Assembly (NCBI GenBank): GCA_021789605.1
Contig: JAJYJI010000003.1
Span: 36,450-100,449 of the forward strand
From: a bacterium
GTDB lineage: Bacteria; SZUA-79; Acidulodesulfobacterales; Acidulodesulfobacteraceae
Length of the DNA: 64,000 nt
Direction of reading: 5' to 3'
Part shown: positions 20,779 to 30,530 of the stretch, one piece after another
How positions within the stretch are numbered: the first letter of the stretch is position 1
Layout: every line of letters begins with the position of its first letter
Notes under the pieces: model-generated
The model's database searches: none
The model's input: the letters and a program-made list of their open reading frames with translations, nothing else
What the model was told of the DNA's origin: nothing
Made by a program: the position numbers and the translations under genes

Positions 20779-22010
20779 ATTTTCATACGAATATAGCCTT
20801 ACATTATTTAAAGCCTAAAAATAATTCGTTTATATCTTTATTGAGTTTTATATCCGTTATGGGTATAATGATAGGCGTAATGGCGCTGATAGTCGTTATC
20901 TCGGTAATGAACGGATTCAGCCATGCACTGGAAAAAAGAGTAATTGGGATAGAATCTCAGATTATAGTATTAAATTATAACGGTTTCATAAACAACTATA
21001 AAAAGACTGTCGGCAAGATATCTTCTGTTAAAGGCGTAAAGAGCGTTTCGCCGTTTATTTATACCGATATAATGATATCTTCGGCTTCTACTTCTACCGG
21101 AAGCGTCCTAAGGGGAATAGACGTTAAAACCGAAGAAAAGGTTACAAATCTTAAAAAATATCTTGTCGAGGGAAATTTATCAGGATTAGACAATAAAAGC
21201 AAAAATGAGATAGTTATCGGCAAAGTTCTTGCCCAAAACCTCGGCGTTTCCATAGGGGGCAGAGTAAAAATAATTTCTCCGGAAGGACAGGTTACCCCGT
21301 TCGGGGTTATTCCCAAAACGGAAAATTTTACCGTTTGCGGCATTATAAACAGCGGAATGTATAATTACGACTCTACGTTTTCTTTTATTTCGGTTAAAAA
21401 CGCGCAGGAGTTTATCGGATTAGGCGCAAATACCGTTACCGGATTGGAGGTCAAGCTTAACAAATTAAGTTTTGCCGGCGCGTTTGCAAAAAAAATAGAA
21501 AATATACTTAATAAAAATAAAACATCTTCTTCTTTTTATGCTTTAAGCTGGGAAGAGCTTAATAAAAATTTATTTTCCGCAATAAAATTAGAAAAACTTA
21601 CTATGTTCGTTATCCTGTTCCTAATCGTGCTGGTCGCGGCGTTTAATATTATTTCGACTCTCATAATGGTCGTTATGGAAAAAAGAAAAGATATAGCCAT
21701 ATTAAAATCCATAGGCGCAAGTTCTAAGGATATAATGTTTATCTTTATGGCGCAGGGCGTAATAATAGGCGTAATAGGGACCTCGCTGGGCCTTTTGTCG
21801 GGATTTTTAATCGGTTATTTAGAAAAAACATATCATATAATAAGCCTTCCGCCGTCGGTTTATTATATAACGACCCTCCCCGTAAGAATGACGCTTGCCG
21901 AATTCATAATTATAGGTTCGTGCGCTCTTTTTTTAAGTTTTGCCGCTACGCTTTATCCGTCTTATAAAGCCGGTAAAATAGACCCCGCGGAAGGCGTAAG
22001 GCATGAATAA
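20775..22010 (+). CDS. lolC: Lipoprotein-release ABC transporter permease (single LolC/E/F-type gene)
   Basis: Has the MacB-like periplasmic domain between TM1 and TM2 and a C-terminal FtsX domain. Its start overlaps the lysS stop in an ATGA arrangement, and lolD follows. Confidence 0.85.
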   Translation: MNFHTNIALHYLKPKNNSFISLLSFISVMGIMIGVMALIVVISVMNGFSHALEKRVIGIESQIIVLNYNGFINNYKKTVGKISSVKGVKSVSPFIYTDIMISSASTSTGSVLRGIDVKTEEKVTNLKKYLVEGNLSGLDNKSKNEIVIGKVLAQNLGVSIGGRVKIISPEGQVTPFGVIPKTENFTVCGIINSGMYNYDSTFSFISVKNAQEFIGLGANTVTGLEVKLNKLSFAGAFAKKIENILNKNKTSSSFYALSWEELNKNLFSAIKLEKLTMFVILFLIVLVAAFNIISTLIMVVMEKRKDIAILKSIGASSKDIMFIFMAQGVIIGVIGTSLGLLSGFLIGYLEKTYHIISLPPSVYYITTLPVRMTLAEFIIIGSCALFLSFAATLYPSYKAGKIDPAEGVRHE

Positions 22011-22719
22011 AGAAGCAACTGAAACAGGCGAAAAGAGCGGTTTTGCCGTATCTTTAAAAAAAGTAAGCAAAACGTTCAGGGCGGGGAACGAAACGGTCAA
22101 TATTCTTAACGAAGCCGATTTGGAGATAAAAGAAGGAGATACTTTTGCCATAACGGGCGAATCGGGAACGGGCAAAAGCACCCTTCTCCATATAATAGGG
22201 ACCCTTTTAAAGCCTGATTCCGGAGAAGTCGGATATTTCGATAATTCCAATATATACGATTTGCCGGACGCAAATCTTTCAAGATTCAGAAACAAAAACA
22301 TAGGCTTCGTTTTTCAGTTCCATTATCTTTTAAACGAGTTCAGCTGTCTGGAAAATGTCGCCATGCCGTTATATATAATGAAAAAAACCAAAAGCGACGC
22401 CCTTAAGATAGCAAAGGATTATTTGTGCGAAATGGGACTTGCCGGCAGGCTTAACTTTAAGCCTTATATGCTTTCGGGCGGGGAACAGCAAAGAGCCGCC
22501 GTGGCAAGGGCACTGGCATGTTCTCCCAGAGTTATATTAATGGATGAACCTACGGGAAATTTGGACCCGCGCCATGCGGAAAAATTACATAACATAATAA
22601 TCGACCTTAATAAAAAATACGGTAAAACGCTGGCGGTCGTTACCCACGACAGGGAGTTTTCCAATATGATGAACCATAAAATTAGAATTGCCGGCGGAAT
22701 AATCGAACATATAAATTGA
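22003..22719 (+). CDS. lolD: Lipoprotein-release ABC transporter ATP-binding protein
   Basis: Has Walker A GESGTGKST, ABC signature LSGGEQQR and Walker B ILMDEPTGNLD. It overlaps lolC by 8 nt. Confidence 0.88.
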   Translation: MNKEATETGEKSGFAVSLKKVSKTFRAGNETVNILNEADLEIKEGDTFAITGESGTGKSTLLHIIGTLLKPDSGEVGYFDNSNIYDLPDANLSRFRNKNIGFVFQFHYLLNEFSCLENVAMPLYIMKKTKSDALKIAKDYLCEMGLAGRLNFKPYMLSGGEQQRAAVARALACSPRVILMDEPTGNLDPRHAEKLHNIIIDLNKKYGKTLAVVTHDREFSNMMNHKIRIAGGIIEHIN

Positions 22720-22750
22720 CATAAAATCCAATATTTGATAGTTTATTAAG

Positions 22751-25501
22751 ATGAAATTTTTTAAATCCGTTTTCTTAAATGCTTTTATTTTTATTGTTTT
22801 AGCTTTAAATGCGTCTAATGTTTATGCAGCTTTAAACAACAGAAATGTTTTTACGGGATTTTTTCATCAAAAAGGCGCTCCTTCGTCCTCAAACGTCAAG
22901 AATGCTTTTGCCGCAGCCTTCAAAGGCTATTTAAATTCGGGGAAGCCCTACTTTGTTATCGCATATACTTTTTTGAAGAAGCCCCCGTATTTTAATTTCG
23001 ATAAAAAAATAAATCTTGTAAGGATAAGAAAACTGGGCTTAGCCTATAGGTCCAATTATATAATTACAGGAAGCATTTCAAGCGCAGGCTCTAATTTTAC
23101 GATTCATGCAATGCTCGTAGATATTTCGGACATTTATAATTCTAAAACGCTCGAATATTCCGGCGCAGGCGCTGCCGCTTTTAAAAAAGACCTGAATTTA
23201 TTATCCGGCAAGGCGTCGGATTTCATATACGGACATATAAGGAAAAATGCCGCAGGCAGGCATAATTCCGCGTTAAATAAAAAGGTGTACGCCGTCAGAA
23301 TAAAAGGCAATATAAGAGTGGGGGCGGGTTTTATAGCGAACCGCATTAAATTAAAAAAAGGAAGCCGGTATTCCATTAAGAAAATAAACGAAAGCGTCAA
23401 GGCGCTTTACGGAACCGGATATTTTAAGAATATATTAGTCAACGCATCTTCGTCCGGCGGCAGGCTTATTATTACTTTTATAGTTTCCGAAAGGCCTTAT
23501 ATAAAGTCCATTAAATATACTGGAAACGGTTCCGTTTCCGTTAAAAAAATAAAAAAGGCGATAAACATTAAAGCGGGAAAGCCTTTTAGCTCCTACGACC
23601 TCGACAGGGCTGTTAAAATGCTGAAATTTATATATTCCGTCGAAGGTTATTATAATGCAAAAATAAAAGTAAAAAAGAAAATCGTGCCGGGAAATTATAT
23701 AAAATTGCATTTCGTTATAAACGAAAATACGCCTGTAATGGTTAAAAAAGTGGAATTCAGAGGCAATAATTCTTTCTCTTCGCCTAAGCTCGAGTCCGTT
23801 ATGGGCATTAAAACCATAAATCTTTTAACATGGATAACCGGAGCGGGAAAGTTCAAGAAAGCCAAGCTGAATTCCCAGATAATTAAATTATTGGGCTTTT
23901 ATTATAACCACGGCTATATAAACGTCAGCGTAAAAAAACCTAAATATATATTTTCTAAAGATAAAAAATACGTTACGATTATCATAAGGATAGTTCAGGG
24001 CACCCAATACAGAATATCCAAGGTCAATCTCGCCATAAAGGGCGAAAAAAACAATTCTAAAGAATATAAAGAAGCCGATAAGTTGGTCATAACTAAAGTC
24101 GGCGATATTTTTAACAGAAAAAACATAGAAAAAGAAATTCTCGGCATAACCGAATATTTTACGAATAAAGGCTACGCTTTCGCAAACGTCGAGCCTTCTA
24201 TTAAAATCGCCAGCAAGACCAGCTCCGTTATCGTAACGCTTATTGTCCATAAAGGCGGTATAGCTAAGTTCGGCAAAATTACCATTACGGGAAATAGCGT
24301 TACTTACAGTTACGTCATACTCAGGGCGCTCGTTCTGCATCCGGGCGAAAAATACAATCCGAAACTTATAAAAATATCGAGGCAGAATTTAAAAAATCTT
24401 AATTATTTTAAGCACGTTACCATAACCACCGAAAAGGTCACCGGCAAAAGCATATTGAACGTCAAAGTGCACGTTCAGGAGCAAAATACCGGCAAGTTTA
24501 CCATCGGCGGCGGTTATAGCTCCGCGACGTCCTTTATGGCGATAACTTCCATTTCCGAATCCAATCTTTTCGGAACGGGGGTTACGGCTTCTTTCAACGT
24601 TCAAGCGGGCGGCCCGTATCAATCTTACAGCATTAATATCCTACAGCCTTATCTTACTTATGTTTTTGCAAGGCCCGTATCGTTTAACTTATCGCTGTAC
24701 GACACGTTTAACAGCCTTTATTATGAATTCGCCTATCGTTCCGTCGGCGGTTCGGTTACCTTAGGCTATCCTATTTACGGAAATATACTTACGGAATACG
24801 TAAGGTATCTTCTGGAGGAGGATAATTCCGTTATAATTTCCGGCCTTTCGAATATTTTGCCGCAAGGAGAGGTAACGACGAGCGAAGTTTCGCTTACCAC
24901 GGTTTATAATACGCTAAATAATCCGATAGTCCCTACGGCCGGAGACATGGACAGTTTTAGAATTAGCTATGCCGGACGTCCGATAGGGGGCAACGACGAT
25001 TTCGTTAAATACGTCGTTCAGGGCAACCATTATATTCCGTTATGGTGGGGAACGTCCCTTATGGGCGGAGCTCAGTTAGGCTATATAACTACGACTACGA
25101 CTTCCGAACCGCTGCCGATTTATCAAAGATTTTTTGTAGGCGGCATAATGAATACATATCCTCTTCTGGGATTTATGTACGACTCCGTAGGCCCGAACGA
25201 CGGAAGCGGCAATCTTATAGGCGGAACGAAGATATTTACGGTTCAGGCGAAATATTTTATACCGATACTTAAAAGAATGAAATTTTACGGATTTTTATGG
25301 TGGAACGCCGGCAACGACTGGGAGCAGAGCGATTCCGTGTTTCCTTTAGGCCTCGTTCAGGCGGCAGGAATAGGTTTTAACTGGTATTCCCCTTTCGGCC
25401 CTATTACTATTACCTACGGCGAGATTCTAGGAACCGCGATAAACGGAAACAACCAGACGAGAGTGCAGTTCAGCCTCGGCGAAGGTCTGCCCGGATTATA
25501 G
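22751..25501 (+). CDS. bamA: Outer membrane protein assembly factor BamA, with an N-terminal extension of about 175 aa
   Basis: Has a signal peptide, repeated POTRA-like units starting near residue 178 (VYAVRIKGNIRV...), and a C-terminal Omp85 barrel ending in an aromatic-rich beta signal. skp-lpxD-fabZ-lpxA lie downstream. Confidence 0.9.
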   Translation: MKFFKSVFLNAFIFIVLALNASNVYAALNNRNVFTGFFHQKGAPSSSNVKNAFAAAFKGYLNSGKPYFVIAYTFLKKPPYFNFDKKINLVRIRKLGLAYRSNYIITGSISSAGSNFTIHAMLVDISDIYNSKTLEYSGAGAAAFKKDLNLLSGKASDFIYGHIRKNAAGRHNSALNKKVYAVRIKGNIRVGAGFIANRIKLKKGSRYSIKKINESVKALYGTGYFKNILVNASSSGGRLIITFIVSERPYIKSIKYTGNGSVSVKKIKKAINIKAGKPFSSYDLDRAVKMLKFIYSVEGYYNAKIKVKKKIVPGNYIKLHFVINENTPVMVKKVEFRGNNSFSSPKLESVMGIKTINLLTWITGAGKFKKAKLNSQIIKLLGFYYNHGYINVSVKKPKYIFSKDKKYVTIIIRIVQGTQYRISKVNLAIKGEKNNSKEYKEADKLVITKVGDIFNRKNIEKEILGITEYFTNKGYAFANVEPSIKIASKTSSVIVTLIVHKGGIAKFGKITITGNSVTYSYVILRALVLHPGEKYNPKLIKISRQNLKNLNYFKHVTITTEKVTGKSILNVKVHVQEQNTGKFTIGGGYSSATSFMAITSISESNLFGTGVTASFNVQAGGPYQSYSINILQPYLTYVFARPVSFNLSLYDTFNSLYYEFAYRSVGGSVTLGYPIYGNILTEYVRYLLEEDNSVIISGLSNILPQGEVTTSEVSLTTVYNTLNNPIVPTAGDMDSFRISYAGRPIGGNDDFVKYVVQGNHYIPLWWGTSLMGGAQLGYITTTTTSEPLPIYQRFFVGGIMNTYPLLGFMYDSVGPNDGSGNLIGGTKIFTVQAKYFIPILKRMKFYGFLWWNAGNDWEQSDSVFPLGLVQAAGIGFNWYSPFGPITITYGEILGTAINGNNQTRVQFSLGEGLPGL

Positions 25502-25559
25502 CCTAAAATACGAAGGAATATTGTTGCATAAAAAAATAAAAAAATAAGGAGATTAATTT

Positions 25560-26087
25560 ATGAAAAGAACTATTTTAAATTTAAGCATTGCCGCAGGTTT
25601 GATTTTAACCGCCATGGCGGTATTTATTCCCGGAAACGTCCTTGCCGCAGGTTCGGATATAGCCGTAGTGAATATGCAGAGGGTAATTTCCGCGTCCAAT
25701 CAAGGAAAAGCGGCTCAGAGCGAATTAAAATCTTTAATCGAAAAGTATAACGCAAAATTGCTTGCTATGAAGAAAAAAATTATGCAGGTTCAGGCAGACC
25801 TTAAAAACAACGGCTCTATAATGTCCGCGGACGAAAAGGCCAAGAAAACTAAAGAATTCGAAACCGAAATATCTAATTTTTCTTCGGAAGAAAAACATGT
25901 TCAGGGCGTTATGTCACAAAAAAGGTTTGAACTTTTAAAAGGAATAGTAAATAAAGCCACGTCTATCGTGAGTTCAATCGCCAAGAAAGACGGCTATATA
26001 ATAGTTATAGACAGCCGCGGCGTCGTTTACAAAACCGGTTCCATAAATATTACGGACAAAGTCTTAAGCGAGATGAATTCAAAATGA
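25560..26087 (+). CDS. skp: Periplasmic chaperone Skp (OmpH family)
   Basis: Has a signal peptide and a coiled-coil-rich 175 aa body, and occupies the conserved position between bamA and lpxD. Confidence 0.8.
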   Translation: MKRTILNLSIAAGLILTAMAVFIPGNVLAAGSDIAVVNMQRVISASNQGKAAQSELKSLIEKYNAKLLAMKKKIMQVQADLKNNGSIMSADEKAKKTKEFETEISNFSSEEKHVQGVMSQKRFELLKGIVNKATSIVSSIAKKDGYIIVIDSRGVVYKTGSINITDKVLSEMNSK

Positions 26088-27112
26088 TACCCCTTAAAGA
26101 AATTGTTTCAAAACTTTCTTTGAATGTCATAGGGAATTTTCCCGATAGCCTGTCCGTTTCGGGAATAGGTTCGCTGGAAGCGGCAAAAGCCGACCAGATT
26201 TCTTTTGTCGCCGGTTCCAAATACATTAAGTTTCTTGCGGGAACCAAAGCCTGCGCCGTAATAATGGACTACGCAAACTTAAAACCGGAATTGCCGCAGG
26301 ACTTTAAATTCATCGTATTAGACTCTAAAAACCCTTATTTGGCATTTGCCCATGCAACCCAGCTGTTCCGCAAGCCTTACGGCGACGGCGAATTTAGCGG
26401 GCGGTTTTTTATGGACGAAACTTCGTCCGTGGGTAAGAATACGGTTCTTTTCCCCGGCGTTTTCATAGGCGAAGGCGCAAGAATAGGAGATAACTGCAGG
26501 ATAATGAGCAATTCCGTTATCGGAAAAAACGTCTCGGTGGGAAACAATGTTACCGTTTATCCAAACGTTACCATTTACGACGATTCGGAAATAGGAAACA
26601 ACTGCGTTATTCATGCCGGCGCTGTTATAGGAAGCGACGGATTCGGATACGCGAAGGATAAAAGCGGATACGTAAAAATAATTCATTCCGGTTACGCGAT
26701 ACTCGAAGATAATGTCGAAATAGGAGCAAACACTACGGTAGACAGGGGCGCCGTCGATTTTACCAAAATAGGCGCGGGAACGAAAATAGACAATTTAGTG
26801 CAGGTCGCCCATAACGTAATAATAGGGAAAAATTGCGCTATAGCGGCGGGGTCGGGTATAGCGGGCAGTTCGACGGTGGGCGACGGTGTTACTATTGGCG
26901 GACAGGTCGGCATATCGGGGCATATTTCCATAGGAAACAACGTTATGATAGCCGCGCAGTCCGGAGTGGCCAACAGCGTAAAAGACAACGAGATAATATC
27001 CGGTTCTCCAGCATTTTCCATAAAAGATTGGCGCAATTCCGTCATACTCTTTAAAAAACTCCCCGAGTTGTTTAAAAAAATGAAAGAAATTTCAAAAATC
27101 AAGGATTCGTAA
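26084..27112 (+). CDS. lpxD: UDP-3-O-acylglucosamine N-acyltransferase
   Basis: Has the LpxD N-terminal domain followed by hexapeptide left-handed beta-helix repeats, including GSDGFGYA. Length is 342 aa. Confidence 0.93.
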   Translation: MIPLKEIVSKLSLNVIGNFPDSLSVSGIGSLEAAKADQISFVAGSKYIKFLAGTKACAVIMDYANLKPELPQDFKFIVLDSKNPYLAFAHATQLFRKPYGDGEFSGRFFMDETSSVGKNTVLFPGVFIGEGARIGDNCRIMSNSVIGKNVSVGNNVTVYPNVTIYDDSEIGNNCVIHAGAVIGSDGFGYAKDKSGYVKIIHSGYAILEDNVEIGANTTVDRGAVDFTKIGAGTKIDNLVQVAHNVIIGKNCAIAAGSGIAGSSTVGDGVTIGGQVGISGHISIGNNVMIAAQSGVANSVKDNEIISGSPAFSIKDWRNSVILFKKLPELFKKMKEISKIKDS

Positions 27113-27113
27113 A

Positions 27114-27605
27114 ATGAGTAAAGAAGAAAATGCAGGTAAAGAAGGCAATGCAGTAATGGGAATAAGAGAAATATTAAATCTGCTTCCGCACAGATACCCT
27201 TTTCTTATGGTAGATAAAGTAATAGCTTTAGAGAAAGGAAAATCTATAGTGGCGGTCAAAAATACCACGATGAATGAACAGTATTTTCAAGGGCATTTCC
27301 CTTCCTACCCGGTTATGCCCGGGGTTCTTATCCTTGAAGCGCTTGCGCAGGCAGGCGGCATTCTTGCTTACAAAACCGAAGAAGACGACGATCTAAAAAA
27401 TAGGCTGACCTATTTTATGGGCATAGACAAAGCAAGATTCAGAAAGCCTATATTTCCGGGAAGCACAGTAATGCTTTACGCGGAACTCGTGAAAAGAAAA
27501 CAGTTCGTGTGGGTTTTTCACGGCAGAGCAGAGGTGGAAGGAAAGTTATGCGCCGAGGCGGAGCTTATGGCGTCTTTTCTGCCTAAACAGGATAACGGAA
27601 ACTGA
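27114..27605 (+). CDS. fabZ: 3-hydroxyacyl-ACP dehydratase FabZ
   Basis: Has LPHRYPFLMVDKV and the hot-dog motif FQGHFPSYPVMPGVLILEALAQ. Confidence 0.95.
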   Translation: MSKEENAGKEGNAVMGIREILNLLPHRYPFLMVDKVIALEKGKSIVAVKNTTMNEQYFQGHFPSYPVMPGVLILEALAQAGGILAYKTEEDDDLKNRLTYFMGIDKARFRKPIFPGSTVMLYAELVKRKQFVWVFHGRAEVEGKLCAEAELMASFLPKQDNGN

Positions 27606-27651
27606 GTCCGCTTTTTATATATAAAATTTTATAAGGAAGCAAAGAAAGGCT

Positions 27652-28422
27652 ATGATTGATAAAACAGCGATAATTTACGGCGGCGCCGCGATTGACCCTT
27701 CTACGGATATCGGACCCTTCAGCGTTATAAAAGACGGGGTAAGAATAGGCAAAGACAATAAAATTGCATCCCATGTAGTTATCGAAGGAAACACGGAAAT
27801 AGGCGACGGCAATAAAATATTTCAGTTCGCATCGTTAGGCTCCGCTCCACAGGACCTTAAGTATAAAGGAGAGGATACGAAGCTGGTAATCGGAAATAAT
27901 AATATAATAAGGGAATACGTTACTATGAATCCCGGAACGGTAACCGGAAACGGCATCACAACGGTCGGGGATTACAACCTGTTTATGATGCACGTCCATA
28001 TAGCCCACGACTGCGTTATAGGAAGCCGCACCGTTCTGGCAAATAACGCCACGCTGGCGGGCCACATAGAAATACAGGATTACGTTATATTGGGCGGTTT
28101 ATGCGCAATCCACCAGTTTGTAAGAATCGGGGAATCGGCGCTTATCGCCGGAGGTTCCATGGTCGTTCAGGATATCCCCCCATATCTTGTAGCTTCCGGA
28201 GACAGGGCAAAAATTTACGGCATCAACAGAATAGGACTTGAAAGAAGGGGCTTTCCCAAAGAAGAAATAGAAAAGATAAAAAACGCTTTTAAGATTTTAT
28301 ACAGGTCTAAGGTTACGGTAAAAATAGCCGTAGAAAAAATATTTCAGGAAATAGGCGGCGGCGCTCAAATCGAAAAATTTACCGACTTTATTATTAATTC
28401 TAAAAGAGGCATCACCAGATAA
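27652..28422 (+). CDS. lpxA: Acyl-ACP--UDP-N-acetylglucosamine O-acyltransferase
   Basis: Has hexapeptide repeats and the LpxA C-terminal helical domain (YGINRIGLERRGF). Length is 256 aa. Confidence 0.93.
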   Translation: MIDKTAIIYGGAAIDPSTDIGPFSVIKDGVRIGKDNKIASHVVIEGNTEIGDGNKIFQFASLGSAPQDLKYKGEDTKLVIGNNNIIREYVTMNPGTVTGNGITTVGDYNLFMMHVHIAHDCVIGSRTVLANNATLAGHIEIQDYVILGGLCAIHQFVRIGESALIAGGSMVVQDIPPYLVASGDRAKIYGINRIGLERRGFPKEEIEKIKNAFKILYRSKVTVKIAVEKIFQEIGGGAQIEKFTDFIINSKRGITR

Positions 28423-28531
28423 GATATACCTGGCGGATAATTTATTATTATAATTGCAAATTTTACAGCGGCCGGTCCTGCAACGCGGACGTAAGGGGCG
28501 CAGCGGATACAATAAATCGGACTTCTAATTT

Positions 28532-29335
28532 ATGGAAAATAAAAATATAGGGATAATAGCCGGTTACGGCGATTTTCCTTTAATATATGCAGGCGAATTG
28601 AAAGCCGCCGGTTATTCCGTAAAAGTTTGCGCTATCGAAGAGGAAGCGGACAAAGCTCTTTCCGAAATCGCCGATTCAATAACATATATTAGCGTGGGAC
28701 AGCTCGGAAAGTTAGTTAAATTTTTTAAATCCGAGGGCGTCGGAGAGGTAATAATGGCGGGAAAGGTCCCCAAAACCCTTATGTTTAAAAAAATTAAGCC
28801 AGATTTAAAAGCCATTACCCTTTTTTTATCGTTAAAAGACAAAAAGGACGACACAATTCTAAACGCTATCTGTAATTTTCTTGAAAAGGAAGGGATAGTC
28901 GTAGTTCCGCAGACAAAATATATTGCGTCCGTTTTTTTGCCTAAAGGTGTCGCTTCCAAAAGAGCGCCCAACAAAAAAGAGCTCGAAGATATCGAATTCG
29001 GCGTTAGCGCCGCAAGGTTAATCGCAGGTGCGGATATAGGACAGACTGCGGTCGTAAAAGATAAATCCGTTATGGCGCTTGAAGCCATAGAAGGAACCGA
29101 CGAAGCCATAATAAGAGGAGGCAGGCTTGCATTCGGGGGCGCCGTGATAGTCAAAGTGAACAAGCCCGGACAGGATTTAAGATTCGACGTTCCTGCGGTC
29201 GGGCTAGATACCTTAGATGCGATTATTTCCGTAAACGCGACCTGTATAGCTTTTGAATCCAACACCATAGTCCTGCATAAAGAAAGATTTATCGAAAAGG
29301 CTAACCTTAATTCCATCTCCGTATATGTTTTTTAA
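28532..29335 (+). CDS. lpxI: UDP-2,3-diacylglucosamine pyrophosphatase LpxI (DUF1009 family)
   Basis: Has IGIIAGYGDFPL at the N-terminus, IGQTAVVKDKSVMALEAIEGTDEAI, and FDVPAVGLDT. It sits between lpxA and lpxB, the usual LpxI position. Confidence 0.8.
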   Translation: MENKNIGIIAGYGDFPLIYAGELKAAGYSVKVCAIEEEADKALSEIADSITYISVGQLGKLVKFFKSEGVGEVIMAGKVPKTLMFKKIKPDLKAITLFLSLKDKKDDTILNAICNFLEKEGIVVVPQTKYIASVFLPKGVASKRAPNKKELEDIEFGVSAARLIAGADIGQTAVVKDKSVMALEAIEGTDEAIIRGGRLAFGGAVIVKVNKPGQDLRFDVPAVGLDTLDAIISVNATCIAFESNTIVLHKERFIEKANLNSISVYVF

Positions 29336-29356
29336 TATAATTTTAATTTTCGGAAA

Positions 29357-30514
29357 GTGGCTAAAGTACTCATAATTTCGGGAGAGCCTTCCGGAGACCT
29401 ATATGCTTCCGGCCTGATTAAATCCTTAAAAAGTCATAACGGAGCCGTCGATTTTTTTGCGGTGGGAGGAGAAAATTCAGGTTCTGCGGGGGCGGAATTG
29501 ATTGCGGATATAGCGGGATTATCCGTTATGGGCTTTACGGAAGTCGTCTGCAAATTGAAAGCTATCAGAAAGATTTTAAATAGAGTATCCGGCTGGATAA
29601 CGGCCAATAAGCCGGACGCAGTCATATTGGTAGATTTCCCCTCTTTCAATTTTAAAATAGCGAAGTTGTCTAATAGGCTGAAGATTCCAGTAATTTATTT
29701 TATCCCTCCTAAAATATGGGCATCGAGATATAAAAGAATTAATTTCATAAAACGATACGTAAAGTTTGTGATAGTGATTTTTCCCTTTGAACTAGATATT
29801 TACAGAAACGCGGGAATAGAAGCGTATTATTTCGGCAATCCTTTATACGGGCTATTCGGCAAGGAACAAAAGGAGGCCGAAACAGGAGGCATAAAAAACT
29901 ATTTAAGCGGCAGGCATCCGGTGGTTTCATTCCTGCCGGGTTCCAGAAAGGCCGAGCTTAAATATCATGCGGACCGCATAGCGCGGTCGTTGATTTTAAT
30001 AAAAGCCTCCCATAAAAATGCTTTTTTTATTTTTCCTTTCAGGAAAGGAATAGATTTTTCATATTTTTTATCGGTTATAGAAGATAAAAATATACCCAAA
30101 GAATGGTATGCAGTTACCGATTCGGTCAGAGATGCGCTGCATTATTGCGATATTGCGGTAGTCGCCAGCGGAACGGCTTCGCTGGAAGCCTGTTTTTATA
30201 ATAAACCGGTAATAATCGTTTATTATTTGAATTATTTAACCTATATTTTAGCTAAAATTTTAGTAAAAGTAAAATACATAGGCCTTATCAATATACTGGC
30301 AAACGATTTAATCGTACCGGAACTTATAGAATCGAAATTTACCCCCGAAAATGTTTATGAAGAAATAGATAAATTTTTAAAAGACGATATCTATAAAAAA
30401 TCAGTTCTGGATAAAATATCCGGCGCGGTTTCCACTCTTAAAACCGGCGACGACCCATTTGAAGCGTCGGCGGGAATTATATACGATAAGATATTGAAAA
30501 ATATAGCAATTTAA
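29357..30514 (+). CDS. lpxB: Lipid-A-disaccharide synthase
   Basis: GTG start, an ISGEPSGDLYAS N-terminus, and a GT-B fold length of 385 aa. Confidence 0.9.
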   Translation: MAKVLIISGEPSGDLYASGLIKSLKSHNGAVDFFAVGGENSGSAGAELIADIAGLSVMGFTEVVCKLKAIRKILNRVSGWITANKPDAVILVDFPSFNFKIAKLSNRLKIPVIYFIPPKIWASRYKRINFIKRYVKFVIVIFPFELDIYRNAGIEAYYFGNPLYGLFGKEQKEAETGGIKNYLSGRHPVVSFLPGSRKAELKYHADRIARSLILIKASHKNAFFIFPFRKGIDFSYFLSVIEDKNIPKEWYAVTDSVRDALHYCDIAVVASGTASLEACFYNKPVIIVYYLNYLTYILAKILVKVKYIGLINILANDLIVPELIESKFTPENVYEEIDKFLKDDIYKKSVLDKISGAVSTLKTGDDPFEASAGIIYDKILKNIAI

Positions 30515-30530
30515 AACGATATTCATTTTC

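Noticed and set aside
28612-29316. A 234-aa ORF on the minus strand, the longest antisense ORF in the window.
   Set aside because: It lies entirely inside lpxI. Its product is a low-complexity Ser/Ala/Thr/Ile-rich sequence with no recognisable motif, which is typical of a shadow ORF opposite a real gene.
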